Numbered from the stretch's first letter, positions 39,701 through 53,531 are shown. The stretch is 64,000 nt of DNA from Lama guanicoe (GCA_013239625.1 MU053588.1:397988-461987); one strand, 5' to 3'. Numbers and translations: made by a program. Notes: generated from the letters alone by a model not told the origin.

Positions 39701-42381
39701 TAATAAATTAGTTTCAAATTTTATTATCCTTAAAAATAACTTCTAAAAACAATATTTCTCTAGGAAAATGATATATTTTCTATCAAACAGGACAAGTCAA
39801 TCACATGTAGTTATTCTTGTCCTTCAAAAAAAACTCACTAAAAGGAATGAAATGGATTTTTTTAAAAAAGAACAAACCCACAAAGTCAATGAAAGTCAAA
39901 GAGGAAATAGCAGCTACAAAACTTTTGAAACTGGGAAGCATGAAGATAAATGACAAACAACTTAACAAACCAAAGGAGGAGAAAACCTAACTCAAAAGTA
40001 AGGAAAACCCTGAAGGGGATGATTTATGCAGCAAACCCCAGAAAGACTTAAGAAATGGGAGCACTACGTACTTAAGAAGGTCTACCAGTTGGCACACAAA
40101 AAGTTAAACCAGCTTCTCAGTATCTCCTCCAAAATACAGACAGGCAAATATCATCACACATTTGAGGGCATCTTGTAACATAAAAGAGATTAAACATAGC
40201 CCAAAGGAACTTAAAAGAGAAACTATATGGGAAAACAAGGAAATTCCCAGAAGCCACCATTACTACCTTCAGAGGGATATGAGAAGCCATTTCACATAAT
40301 AGAAGACCAGGGTAACATAAAAGAAGTAAAAGGCAAAAAAGAATTCTTAGAAAATAAAAATATAAAGTGGGAATAAAAACATATCATTAGAAGAGTTAAA
40401 AGATAAGTGAAAAAAACTCTTTAAAAAGTACAAAAAATATAGAAATAGTAGGAAAAACAACTGGAAGGTTATGCCAGGCAGCTCAACATCTAATGGGTGG
40501 AGATCATTTCTGAAAGTGCGCTAAGCATCTGCCAAGTATCAGGCAGAGCATTAGAAGGAAGGAAGGGATTTGAAAACTGCCATTTTGAAATCACCAAACT
40601 AATAATTGACTCAGGCAAGGATCTTCAATGGATTCTAAAACCATACAGTGAATGATCGGCATAAGGGATATTCACTTGGTCTCACAGCATCAATCCACAG
40701 ATTATTTACTAATTATAAAGGGAAAAATATACCTCTTTATGGAAAGGTTTGATACTCGGTACATTTAACCTTAAATGATAAACTGTGGTATCATCAACAG
40801 TAGAATATTTTGTGCCTCTGATGTAATGCAATAGATGTTACACCATAGTATCACCTCTGTAGTATGCTGGTAACTGATAGGTAAATCTAAGCCTGAATCT
40901 AAGCCTATTTCTATGAGACAGTCATCAGACAAATGGGGATGTGAGATATTCTGTATGACAACTGTCTTGCATTCTTAAAAAAATTCAATGCTATGTAAAA
41001 CAAACAAGAAACAAGGGGCTGTTCTAAATTAAGAGACTAAAGAAATCCAACAACCAAAATAATACATGAATCCTGATTGGATCTGAGATCAAACAACCAA
41101 CCAAGTAAATAAACAAAAAATATAACATCAGCTGTAAAAAGATATTCTGGGGAGCCCCTGAAGATATTTGAACATGAAATATTTGAGGTGGTAATAGAGA
41201 GTTTATGTTAATTATCATAGATTTGATACATCACTGTTAATGTTTGGAAAATGTCCTTATTCTTAGGAGATGCATGCTAAAAGTATTAAGGGTAAAATGT
41301 CAGGATGTCCTCAACTTATTTTCAAATGATTCAGGGGGAAAATGTGTGTGAGTGTGTGTGTGTGTGTGTGTATTTAGAAAGATAAAGTAAATGTGGCAAA
41401 ATGTTACAGTTGGTAATTTTAGCTGATGGCTACACAGGATTCACTGGAATATTCTTTCAATTTTTCTGTATGGTGGAAATTTTCAAAGAAATCAGAAATC
41501 ACAGATTGTTTTTAAAAGTAGCATTTAAGAAAAATTTCCAGAACTGAAGGACAGAACTCTCCATGTTTAATAGGCTCACTTGATAACTAGCATAAAGAAT
41601 AAAAATGATTCACACTAAGATATATTTTCATTAGGTTCCAGGACATTGGGAACAAAGAAAAGACCTTAAAAGAATCCAAAGAGTGAAAAACAAGGAACAA
41701 ACAAAAGACCAGGAATGAAAATAGCTTTGGAGTTATTCAAAACACGCTAAGCCAGAAGTCATAACTTCAAATTCTGAGGGAAAATAATTTCAATTAGAAT
41801 CCCAAGTCCTGCCAAAGAATCAATGCAGTGGTTGAAAGGCCCTTTTCAGATATGCTAGAGCACACAAATTTAACACATTTATCCCTTCTTACATGCCAAG
41901 AAATAGGGAGGCATGGAATCCAAGAAATAAAAACTCAACACAGAACACAGAATTTAAAGGCAAATTCTAGAATAATCGTTGTACACGTACACTTGGTAGG
42001 GAAGAACAAAGGACTATAGGAGGGATGTCTTTAAACACAGGAAACTGACAGGTTTCCCAAAGATTTATTTTCTGGCAGACTTTGAGTATGAATTAGCAAT
42101 ATATGGACAACTAGGTATCACTCTCCCTTTTAAAAAAGGTAATATTAAATACACAGAACACAAAGTTGTAACAATCATGAGCAAGGGAACATGATTCTTA
42201 GCTGAGTTATGAATAAAATCCATTAAAGAGTAAAGAAATAAGCTACAGAATGGGAGAAGATATTTATGAATATTTACCTGTCAAAAAACTAGTATCCAAA
42301 ATATAAAGATCTTTTTCAAATCACTGATAAAAAACCAAATGACCCAAGAGAAAAGGAACCACTTAATAAATAGGAAGACAT

Positions 42382-42900
42382 CTGTTGTATAATAATTTGT
42401 CTGGCCTTTATCCCAAGTTCCTAGAACAGAGTTTCTAAAACCCTTGGAATTTCCCAAGTGATATAAGTGTCTTTGTTATAGGATTACATGTGAGTTTATG
42501 CTTATGAGGTGACTCATGGTTCAGCCATACGTAGCTTCAGCATTGAGGCTGGTCGCCAGAAAAATTGAACAATTCTAACCTCCAGCAAAGAGGAGTGGAG
42601 CTGGAGACACTTCAGTCATGTGGCCAATAATCAATCATGCCCACATTATAAAATCCCAGTGAAAACTCTAGACACCAAAGTTCAGTGGATCTTCCTGGCA
42701 GGTGAACACAGTGATGTGCCAGAAAGGTAACACACTCTGATTTCACAGGGAAAGGGCATAGAAGCTAAATGTTCCTTTTCCTTCCAGACCTTGCTCTATG
42801 TGTCTCTTCCTTTGGCTATTCCTGATTTGTATCCTTATTATTTATAATAAAACTCCAGATGGTTAGTGCCAGAACTGAACTGCAGCACACCAGTTAGGGT
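42382..42900 (+). mobile_element. MER21-like (ERVL-related) LTR
   Basis: 'tctaaaacccttggaatttcccaagtgata...caataatcaatcatgcc...gacaccaaagttcagtggatcttcctgg'. Confidence 0.65.
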
Positions 42901-43289
42901 TGAAATAGTATGTGCATGGATTGGAAGATTTAATACTGTTGCTCCCCAAAGCAATCTATAGATTCAGTGCAATCTCTGTCAAAATTTCAATGGCCTTTTT
43001 GGAGAAATGGAAAGCCTCTCTCCTTGACTTGCAGATTGCCACCCGCTCACTGTGTCCTCACATGGTCTTTCCTCTGTGTGTGAGCATCCCTGGTATCTCT
43101 TTGTGTGTCTAAACTTCCTCTCGTATAAGGATACCAGTCAGATTGGTTTAGGATCCACCTCAGTAGCCTCGTTTTAACTTAATCATCTCTTTAAAAGCCC
43201 TATCTCCAGGTCACCTTGTAAGGTACTGGGGTGGGGGTGGTTAGAGCCTCAACATTGCAGGGGAGGACACAATTCTGCACATCATATTT

Positions 43290-44850
43290 ACTAAAACCAG
43301 GGTTATGGGAGCAGAGTTAAGTTGCTCTAACTGTACCTTTTTGAGTAGTTTTAATGTTTGGAACCATGCTCATATAGTCAAATCCACAAGAATGGATTAA
43401 TATTAATTTTTAAAAAATCAAACAGAATACAAACAGGAACAAATGAACCTAAATGTATTTCAAATGAATAATATAACCACTTGGGGGAGGGGATAAAAAA
43501 TGAATCCAAGTAAATCTGAACACAGTATTTTAACTATGTACCCTTATCCGAAAGACAAAGAGAACTATAAACAAATATTGAGCTCCTTTAGTAGGTTTGG
43601 TACTTACTATAGTATAGGTTAGCAATTCTGAAACTATTTTTGTATATTCTAGAATTGAACAAATTACTAAATATAATGAGGATAATGAGAGTCAGGTTTT
43701 TAACCACTGGAGAAGGGAGATACAAATATGGAATAGGCTAAGACTAGAATGAATACTGTAGTCTTAGCACCCAGATCTTGGTTTCTAAATATTTTTTACA
43801 AGAAACCAGGCTCTTTACAGAAACGGTTCACATTGGGCTGGAGGTGAGAGAGTATCTAGAAATGAACCTATAGCATCTGTTGTGCCAGAAAGTAAGAAAA
43901 TGCTCAAAGAATCACGGGAAAAGTCAAAAGGATACAGAAGCCAACCTGAATAGGCTCCCATTGGCAAAATCTGGGGCGATTTTAGCATCAAAATAAATAG
44001 TAAAGATCATATAACCCACTGAGCAAAGTGAAAATCTACAAACTCATACTGACATAACAATTGAACAAATAAGTGAGGGAGAAGGGAATGCTACTCTTTA
44101 CAACAGAACGCCAACTAATTAACACAGACAAAATCATGGAGATTTTGCAATCCCACCATTTTAAAAACATCATAGTAATAATGGATCTATACCATAATAC
44201 TAATAGATGCTGAAAGTAGTGACTGGAAGTCTGGTGATGAGCTATTTACAGTTTCAAAGTATCTCCCCACTGATTATCAATTAATTACAAAGAGAAAACT
44301 TATCACCTTTACAGTTAAGAAACGTAGTAGATACCACCTTAACCAATTATTAAAGTCAGTATCTCCAAATGGGACAAGTCAATATCACGTATCCCCGGCT
44401 AAGACGCACTGAGAAGGATTCAATCACTTTTGTGGTATTCCTACTACAGAATTCACAACCTGAATGTAATTATGAGGAACCATAAGACAAGTCCTAATTA
44501 AGGGGCATTCTACAATATAACCGGCCTAGCTTCTTCAAAAATGTCAACATCTTGAAGCATAAAGAAGAAGAAAACAGCTCTTCCAGGTTAAAGATGAAAA
44601 GGAGACATGATAACTAAATTCAGCCTGTGATGGCAGACTATATCCTGAACAGTGAGTCGGAGAGAGGATGAGGGTATGGTGAAGAGCTACAAAGAATATT
44701 ATTGGGACTAGCAAAAAATTTTGCATATACACTGTTAGACAATAATATTGCATTGTTAAAATTTCTTATTTTAGTAACCCTACTGTGGTTATGTAAGAGA
44801 ATACTCTTATTCTTAGGAAATAACACACTGAGTGTTCAAGGCAAGGTCAC
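43290..44850 (+). mobile_element. Old L1 (L1MC/MD-like) 3' UTR
   Basis: 'gaatacaaacaggaacaaatgaacctaaatgtatttcaaatgaataatataaccac' and 'ctgaataggctcccattggcaaaatctgggg'. Confidence 0.7.
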
Positions 44851-44969
44851 AGGTATAGCAGATACTACTGCCTGCCTCCCTCAAAATCATCCCTCCCCTA
44901 CTTCCTTATTATAAGCATTTTTTTCCATAGTTTTTTCATCAGCTCCAGAAAATGTATCATGATTTGCCT

Positions 44970-45250
44970 AAGCCAGTGGTTCTGAATTCTGATTGCTATT
45001 AGAATTAATTGGGTAGCTTTTTAAAAAATTCTAAAGTTTGAACCCCACTCCAGACCAATTAAATCTTAATGTTTTTCCTGTCATCTTGGCTGAGCGTATT
45101 AAGTCATTAATTCTCAGCTGTGGCAGCACACTAGAATCATCTGGTGATCTTTTAAAAATGATGATGTCCAGGCCATATCCCAGACCAACTAAAACAGACT
45201 TGCTGGGGGCGGGACCAAGACATCAGTAACCAAGGTGAAGAATAACCAGG
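44970..45250. mobile_element. MER5A-like hAT fragments
   Basis: 'cagtggttctgaa...ccccactccagaccaattaaatc' and 'cacactagaatcatctggtgatcttttaaaa'. Confidence 0.65.
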
Positions 45251-46594
45251 TTAAATTAAATGAAGTAATTAACCCTCTGTTCTACTTGTTCTAATTGTGT
45301 TTTTCCACCTTATGCAGCCAGAAGTAACCTAATGGCAGTGGAAAAACAGGTCCTGGCAAAGAGAGCTTCAGGTACTGTGAAGTGAATGAGCCACTATGAA
45401 GTATAACTTAGAAATATTTACTCAAGTTTAAAATACGTGTACTCTATGATCTCCATAACTTCACTTTAGTATATATCTTAGAGAAGGCCTGTACATCGAT
45501 GTTCACTGGAGCACTGTTTGCCACAGTGATTAACTATATAAAATATAACCCAGAAAATGATTACACATACCACGGTGTTACAAAATATGGCCTTACATGA
45601 AGCAATTAAAGTGAGGTAGCTCTATAGTGAACAGTTCTCCATGCAGAATAAAAAAGCAAGTTTCAGAACAGTAACTATAACTACATAGTGACCACTAACT
45701 GACACTAAGTAAATAGTCAGGTCCTGTTTTAAGGGTTTTACATGAACCAACTCAATTTTTGGACCAACCGTATAATGCAGTTACTTTCCACACTTTGCAG
45801 GATGCTCTTATAATCTTTTTATATAGAAATATTTTTAAGTGACAAAACAGTACTACATGCACATTTACACGTGTGTGCATTTTTAAAAAAAGGATAAATA
45901 ATTAACTGATAATAGTGGCTACCTTTGGGTACTTTGGGTAGATACCTGGGATTGGGGAGTATATTTACAAAGGACTTGAGCCCCTTCATAACAAACAAAT
46001 TATCTTTATAATGAAAATATAATTATGTATGTACTTATAATTTAACTAAAAATAAAATTTTAAAAGGAAAATGCTAGCATGTGACTTAAGGAGATGTTCA
46101 TTGTTTATAATGGAAATAATGTGTAAGGCAAACCATGTTCGAAAAAAGGGGCTTGGTAAAATGGTAACAGTATGAGGCCATTATAACTCATGGTAAAGAT
46201 AAATATATAAAGACATGGACAGTTGTTTATTATGTATTTTGGCATAATAAAGATGGGCTACAGGTCAGTAGGCATAGTATGATCAAATTGAAAAAAGAAT
46301 CCTAGGTATTTGCTCTCACAATATGACAGCAGTTGTCTTTAATTGATACGAATACAGGTGACCTTTTTTTATTTATTTGTGCTCTCTGTTATTTCCTAAA
46401 TTTGTTGTAATGTTTTTGTAATGAAAGGAATACAGAATACAGCTATCTTCAGAAAAGAAGCAACATATTTGACCAGGTATTCAAAGATTTTTTTAAAAAG
46501 AAACAATCTAAACATGGCATAGGAACAAGTACAGAGACAAATTTAAAAATTCAAACAGATAATACAAACTATTTAAATAATATAACAAGTAGGC

Positions 46595-47345
46595 AATGCA
46601 CAATGGACTACTATTCAGCCATAAAAAGTAATGAAATCTTGCCATTTGTGACCACATGGATGGACCATGAGGGTATTATGCTAAGTGAAATATAAAAAAA
46701 CCATAAGCTCTCACTTATCCACTTTAAATGCGAAATTTAAACAAATAAACAAAAATCAAGCTCATAGATACAGAAAACAGACTGCTGGTTGCCAGAGACT
46801 GGGGGGTAGCAGGTAAGTGAAATGGGTAAAGGGGGTCAAAAGATACAAACTTTCAGTTATAAAATAAATGTCTTGAGGATATAATATACAGCATGGTGAC
46901 TATAGTTAATAATACTGTATTGCATATATGAAAGTAGCAAAGAGAATAAATCTTAAAAGTCCTTATTACAAAAAAAATTTTTTCAACTATTGCAATAATT
47001 GTTTCAACTAACAGATGTTAAGACTTACTGTAGTGATCATTTTGCAATACAGTTGACCCTTGAACAAAATGGGTTTGAACTGCATGGTTCCACATACACA
47101 CAAATTTTTTTCAGTAGTAAAATTACCATACTACAAGATCCGAGGTTGGTTAAATCCGAGGATGTCGATACAGAGAAACCACAGATACAGAGGGTCCACT
47201 ACAAGTTATATGCAGACTTTTCAACTGTGTTGAGTCAGTGCTCCTAATCCTTGCATTAAGGGTCGACTGTATATACAAAACTTGAATCATTATGTTGTGC
47301 ACCTGAAACTAATATGTTACACGTCAATTATATCTCAATTTTTAA
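46595..47345 (+). mobile_element. L1 3' end (L1MA-like), interrupted by a Tigger element
   Basis: 'aatggactactattcagccataaaaa...catggatggaccatgagggtattatgctaagtgaaat...tatatctcaattttt'. Confidence 0.85.
47050..47269. mobile_element. Tigger2-like non-autonomous DNA transposon
   Basis: Terminal inverted repeats cagttgacccttgaa / ttaagggtcgactg flanked by TA. Confidence 0.85.
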
Positions 47346-48169
47346 AGAAAGGTTCCTTTGGGACCCACCAAAAGACTTTTAGTTAAGTGCTCTATACTGT
47401 AATTGATATAGAGGTCCCAAGCTAGGAAGTAAAGTAACATTTATTGAATTTCTGATGTGTACCAGGTGTTCTACATATCTTATTTCAGTCTCAATAACAC
47501 TGAGAATGAGAACCTCTCATTTACAGGTTAAACAGCTCACAGGTGGTGTAGCTGAGATCAGAAGCCACATTTGATAAAGAGCTCATAATTTTTACATCGT
47601 CACAGAGACTAGTGCAGGTAAAATAATCTGAGGGATGGTTTGCTTATTTTTTTTTCTGAAGGAGCCAATATTTAAACTCAAGGGTTAGTGAGAATAGATG
47701 GCAAAGATGTAGAGGCAGAAACCACCTGATGGAGGATAGTAGTGGTGGTGGTGGTGGAGTGGGGGTTGTTACTAAGGAAGAGGAGAAGCGAAAAGGGCAG
47801 TTAAAAAAGAAATATAATACAGGGAGAACAGTAAAAGGTACAATGCAAAACAGACTTGATTGGACCAGAATGTTATTAAAATAAAAATATTAGAAAATAA
47901 ATATCTACATCTGTATCTATTTCATATCCCCCACTTCCAAAAATGTATTTGAGGAGGCTAAGAATAAAGGAAAAAAATTAAATCATACACAAATGTCATA
48001 CATTGTGGGTACTCAATATTGAAAACCCAGGCTAAGATTATTACTATGATTGATCATTATCTGAAGTAGTTAAATTCCTGGCAGTCAGTGCAAATGGGAA
48101 ATACTTTATATAATGGATTAACTGATTCCCCTTTGCCAAGGAGTACCAGGAGATAAGAAAGACCTAGTT

Positions 48170-50040
48170 GAGAAACATGAAGAACTCCTAATATCAATTG
48201 AAAGTTTCATGTTATTAGAAGATTCCCCAAATTTCTACTCACATAATTATAGATACAATGCAATTCAGTCAAAATCCCAAAAGATGTCTGAGTGGAACCA
48301 AGCTATTTCAAAAATTTACATGGATATGCAAAGGAACACAGTCAAGACACTCTTGAACAAGAACATAAGAGGACTTGCTCCAAATATTGTAAAGCCACAG
48401 TGAATAAGACAGTGTAGTATTGTTACAAGGAGAGACAAACAGAGCAATGGAACAAAATATAAAGTCCAGAAACTGATGTAGACATAATGGTCATTTGATT
48501 TTTGACTACAATGGCACTGCAGATCCATGTAGAAAAGATGAACTTTTTAATGAATGATACTGGAGCAACTGGATACCCATGTGGGGGATAACATGAAATT
48601 GAATCCCTACCCTACACAAATCAGTTCCAGGTAGTGTAAAGACATAAATGTTAAAGTCAAAAACTAGAAAGCTTTTAAAAGAGAACACAAGAAAATCTTC
48701 ATGACCTAACGGTAGCAGAAAATTTCTTAAACAAGCAATAACTATTGAAAAAGCTTTCATTATGTTAAAATCAAAAACCTCTGTTCACCAGAAGGTACCA
48801 GAGTGAAAAACCAGGCCAGAGCAGAAGCTAATATTTGTCACATGAGCAAGTGATAGTAAACTAACATAAAGAAGATATACATTATGTATACACATTATAT
48901 ACATATATTCAACTGCTATAGATCAGAGAAAACAAATTTATTTTGTATAGCACAGGGAACTATGTTCAATATCTTGTAATAATCTTTAATGAAAAAAATA
49001 TGAAAATGAATATATGTGTGTATGTGCATGACTGGGACATTGTGCTGTACACCAGAGACTGACACATTGTAACTGTACTTCAATTAAATAAATAAACAAA
49101 CAAACAAACAAAAAGCACAGTACAGAACAATCTACACTGAATGCTACCATTCACGTAAAATTAAAAGAGGAAAGAATGAAAAAAAATCAGAGAAAACTCA
49201 ATTAAAAAATGGCAAAATGTCTAAACAAGCATTTTACAAAAGAGGGTATCAAGGTGGGCAAGAATTGGTGTTCAATTTCATTGATAATAAAGGCATATCA
49301 ATTAAATGTGATAACATTAGACGTCTACCAAATTGGCAAAAATGTTAAAGTGTGATGAAACCAAGAGCTGGCATGGCTATGGAGCAAAAGGAATCTCTGT
49401 AAACTTCTGGTACAAGTAAGAAACTTACACAGTATCTTTAGAGAACAGCTGGCATTGTCTAGTAAAATTGAAGATGCACAAACCCTAGACCTTAACAATT
49501 TAATCACAACGTTAATATATTAAAGAAACACAAGCACATGTGTACGAAAATATGTGCACAAAATATTCATAGTCACATTGCTTGTAATAGCCAACAACTG
49601 GAAGCAAGTCAAATTTCAATGAAGAAGTAGAATACATAAGTAGTAAATTGTGATACTCTCAGACAATGAGATAGCGTGTATATATAGAGAGAGCAATAGA
49701 AAAAAATAAACTATAGTGACAGGAAATATGAATGAAGCTCACAAACATTTTTAATGAAAAAAGACACAGAAGAATGTCTATTCACACAAAGAAAACAAGC
49801 AATAACTAAACCTATGTGGTTTTGGAATTCATACCAAAGTTCTAATGATTAAGGACAAAGAAATGATCACAGTGGTTATCACTGGAAGACAACTGTTTGT
49901 GATTGTGGAGGGGTACAACAGAGGCTGCTTTAGAGATGGCTGTATTCTTTTTCCTGACCTGGATATTCCTTACATGGGTCTTTATAATTTTCTGTTAAAC
50001 TGCACAAATGGGCGTTACATGCCTTTTCTGTATCTAATTT
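48170..50040 (+). mobile_element. Old L1 ORF2/3' fragments with a nested younger L1 tail (about 48920-49110)
   Basis: 'tactggagcaactggatacccatgtgg' and 'gcacagggaactatgttcaatatcttgtaataatctttaatg'. Confidence 0.75.
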
Positions 50041-50573
50041 GAAAGAAAAACAAAAGCCATAGGCATTCAAATAAATATGCACCTCTAAAAATGTTTCAAA
50101 TATTAAATTATGTGGAAAAATATTAAATATAATTTTATTGAAAATGTAGGCTATAAAATGGTAAATGCTGAATAAATTCAATTCTAAAAAATGGCACTTT
50201 AGATATGGACGTAAAACACACTGGGAAGAAAATATCAAAAAGTTACCATTGGTTTTAACTGGAAATGTAAATTTTCTTCATTGAGGGGTTGCCGTACTTT
50301 TGAAATTATTTAAAATAATCATGTTTTACTTTGATAATCAAAAAGGAATATGTATATATTTTAAGACAGCACAAAGAAAAATTAAACCATTTGACAAATT
50401 AGGAAGAGAAAGTCAGATGCACGTGTGGGTTGGGGTTTAGAGCAAATCACATTTCTCAAGGGAAAAATTCCAGGGATCAGGTCACCGGATAGGCAAGACT
50501 TTTCAAGAGAAGGAAAGCAAGTCATGTCCTGACAAAAGAGGATTTCAGGAAACAAGGGGAAATAACAAGCTAC

Positions 50574-50648
50574 CTTGCAGGGGCCTTGTGGATGTTCAAC
50601 AGCCATTCTTTATTCCACTCTGGAAGTCTCTGTGCAAGCAGAGAAGAG
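50574..50648 (-). other. ZNF345: Probable ZNF345 5' exon of the pre-KRAB start-exon type, carrying an upstream ATG (MAVEHPQGPCK)
   Basis: ctccttccccag|CTCTTC...AGAATGGCTGTTGAACATCCACAAGGCCCCTGCAAG|gtagct; phase-0 end; homologous to exon 3277-3331. The donor is weak. Confidence 0.55.
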
Positions 50649-51199
50649 CTGGGGAAGGAGAAAGGAGTCAGGAAAAACCAGGCTCAGGTCAACCTACCGC
50701 CCACCACTTACAGATGCGGGTCAGACAGGGCTTGGGCTTCCCGCTCAACACCTGCATTACAGGTGAGAGCAGGGTCATTTGCAGTTCTGGGCAGAATATG
50801 TCCCTGAACTCACAGAAGTCTCCTGGGAACAGAGCGCTGGAGTCACAAAGGCACAGACAAAGGCGCCCCGCAACTACAGTGCTTTAAGGATACAGAATCA
50901 TAAAACTCACACCACGGGGACTCAGGCACTCCAGACCTCAACACAATGGGTTGCAGACGGCCACACAATCATACACACCACGGGGACAGTCAGTCACAAT
51001 CAGAGTGATAGGCACCCCACATACTCACATTCTCAGTGACACACATCATGGGGACATAGTGACAACAATATCACACACACACACACACCCCAAGGGGATA
51101 CACAGTTTTACAACCGCAGTCAAGGAACCGCACGCTCGCAAACAGTGCCACACGCGGTCACACAATTAAACCCCGATACACATGCACTGTCATAACCGC

Positions 51200-52300
51200 A
51201 AATCAAGCCGGCCTCCCCGCCCTCACAGTTCCGTATAGGGTCACACAGACACCGAGACACAATCACAATAAGACACACACACGGCTCACAATCTCCCCTT
51301 CTCAACTGGCTCCTGTACAGGCCGGAGGTTCCAGACCCGCCCGGTCCAGACCATCTCACCTACGGCTCCTCTGGTCTGGTCAGCACCGCTCCACTCTACT
51401 TGTAACAAATAACAGCCCAGCAGCTCCCACAGCGCCCTGTGGCCGTTTGCCACAACCCGCCAGAAAATCCCGCCCACTCCTCAGGAGAAGGTCTAGTTCT
51501 CGCGGGAGGGAGCACCAGGCCTAGAGCCTTCTGGGAGATGTAGTCCAGAAAGCCACCGGCTGCTAAAAGCTATCTTGGGGAAGTTCTTATTTCCGCACCG
51601 GAGGCCTCCCCAAGACTACGCACAAGGACTCCCTCGACTAAACTTTAGTTAAGCTCCTTTGAGCCCTCTTCTTTACTAGACCTCGTCCTTGATCGGCTGA
51701 CCCTACTTCAGCAAGAATCCCCTGTCTTGATACTTAACGGAGTTCCTCTCAGTAATTTTCCATCCACTGACCCCTATCACCCCCCTATATAAATATAAAT
51801 CCCCAGCTACTGTTATATACCAAGTTGAGTTCAATCTGTCTTTCATATCGCGATAGTCTTTAATACAGTCTTCGTTATCTGTTTAACTTGTGTGGTGAAA
51901 CTTTTTGACACAACCCAGCCAGGGAGGCTCTCTCAGGTTTTGGCCGCTCAGCACATAGTGGGCTCCATGGCCTCCTGGGAAATGTAGTCCAGGACTTCGC
52001 CAGGGGAGGGACCCAGCCAAGGTAAACTGCGTTCCCTAGACGCTGAGGCGGGGTCTGGCGTCAGTTATGTGCTCGTGAGGCTGCTCAGAACTACTCTTTT
52101 CCCTGGGAATGCGCAGAGGCTCTTGAGGCAAGCTGTTGCAGAAGGTGTCGGGGAGCCAGAAGAAAGAACTGAATGGGGGACCTGAACGTCTGGGACCACA
52201 GCAACTTAAGGAGTTTGAAGGGGAGGAATCCGCAAGCCCAGTCACAATGTGAGAGTGGGCAAGGGAAGGCCGGAATATGAGACCGTGATGAGACTACGCG
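51200..52300. promoter_or_regulatory. Bipartite CpG-rich promoter P3; ZNF345 first exon on the minus strand ends at 51360
   Basis: Donor TAG|gtgaga at 51359. ACTACA-TCCCA motifs at 51526-51546 and 51971-51990. TCTCGCGGGA (9/10 match to TCTCGCGAGA) at 51498. GC boxes. Confidence 0.8.
51625..51910 (+). mobile_element. MER39-like ERV1 LTR remnant inside promoter P3
   Basis: 'gagccctcttctttactagacctcg', 'cagcaagaatcc', 'agtaattttccatccactgacccc', 'tataaatcccca', 'agttgagttcaatct'; ends in ...GACA. Family name from recall. Confidence 0.65.
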
Positions 52301-52802
52301 TGTGACTACATTTAGCGGTTAGTTGAATGAGACTACAGATGGGTAAAACTGATGATTATGAGTAGGTTTGTGAGGATGGAGGGTCATACTGTGGGCGTGT
52401 GTGGTTGGGAGTATAATTGTGTGTGTGCGTGGTAGGGCAAGATTGTGTGTGGATCTGTGTGTATGTGTCATCATGTGAATGTAGGTCGCTGCTTGGCTGG
52501 CTGAGATAGTAGAGGAGTCTGAATCCTATCAGCCTCATTTCCTCTTCAAATTGTGATAATAAGGGTGTGTCTTCCCGGAGCTTCAACTTTAAGGAGAAAA
52601 AGCTCCATATTGATATAGTAAATAACTTATAGCATTTTTATATAAACACTTTAGATTCCAAACATTTTGTTTTGGAACAGAATACCAAATCAGTATGACT
52701 TTTTAAATGGGGTATATTTTGTTATGGGGGTGCCTGTTTTGGGTTATGTCCACAAATTTCTCCCCAGACATTTTCTCCTCTCTGTTCTTTGGGAGACCTT
52801 AG

Positions 52803-53300
52803 TAAGGTAAACGATGAGATACGTGATTGTTCATTTCAACCAGGAGTATCAACCACAATGAAAAGATGTTCAGAGGAAGTTGTACTGAGCTATGATGCTG
52901 GAGAACTAGAGCGAGGTAGCCACATTAGGTATGGATAGCTTCTCTGAATAATCCAACTTTTGAAAGTAAAATGACATCTCTGAAATATTTAGAATCTTTA
53001 CACGCATTATAGATTCAGCTTTGAGATGTAGGCTTCAGATATTCTCAAGCTCTCTGCTACATGATTATATATGCTCAACCGTTAAGGCAAAACATTATTT
53101 ACTTTGTTCCTCTTTATATGGTAACTTCCTTAAAGGCCTGGTCTCAATCTGAGTTTGGGGATAGAGCTTGAATTCAAGCCTTATGTAACTGTCCCATATA
53201 TAAGCTCTCATATCACCAAACTGCATGAAATCTTCAAGTTGGAACAAGAAGATGGGTTATGGGTGGTGAGCAGAAGAAATGTAAAGGAGGTTTTATACAA
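52803..53300 (+). pseudogene. Decayed KRAB-A (52803-52928) and KRAB-B (53204-53300) exons
   Basis: KRAB-A reads TMRYVIVHFNQEYQPQ*KDVQRKLY*AMMLEN*SEVATL(G)|gtatgg. KRAB-B reads SHITKLHEIFKLEQEDGLWVV, then a frameshift and stop, with the donor mutated to ctgagt. Confidence 0.85.
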
Positions 53301-53392
53301 CTGAGTGAATGAGAACCAGGTGGATATGCCTAAGACAAGGAAGAACACAGATGTTCAGTAAGGGAGTTAGCTCCACTAAAATGTTTTTCAGC

Positions 53393-53531
53393 AGGGAGGA
53401 TATATCTCAGCAGTAGAGTGCGTGCATAGCACGCATGAGGTCCTGGGTTTGGTACCCAATACCTCCATTAAAATAAGTCAATAAATAACCTCATTACCTC
53501 CTCCCCCCCAAAATGAATAAATCATGTCACT
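53393..53531 (+). mobile_element. tRNA-Ala-derived SINE
   Basis: tRNA-like head plus tail; TSD ctaaaatg(t/c)ttttcag at 53376 and 53532. Confidence 0.85.

Noticed and set aside
50712..50751. Possible 40-bp minus-strand exon (cag|GTG...TCT|gtaagt)
   Set aside because: Poor polypyrimidine tract and only a 63-bp intron to the next exon; unsupported without transcript data.
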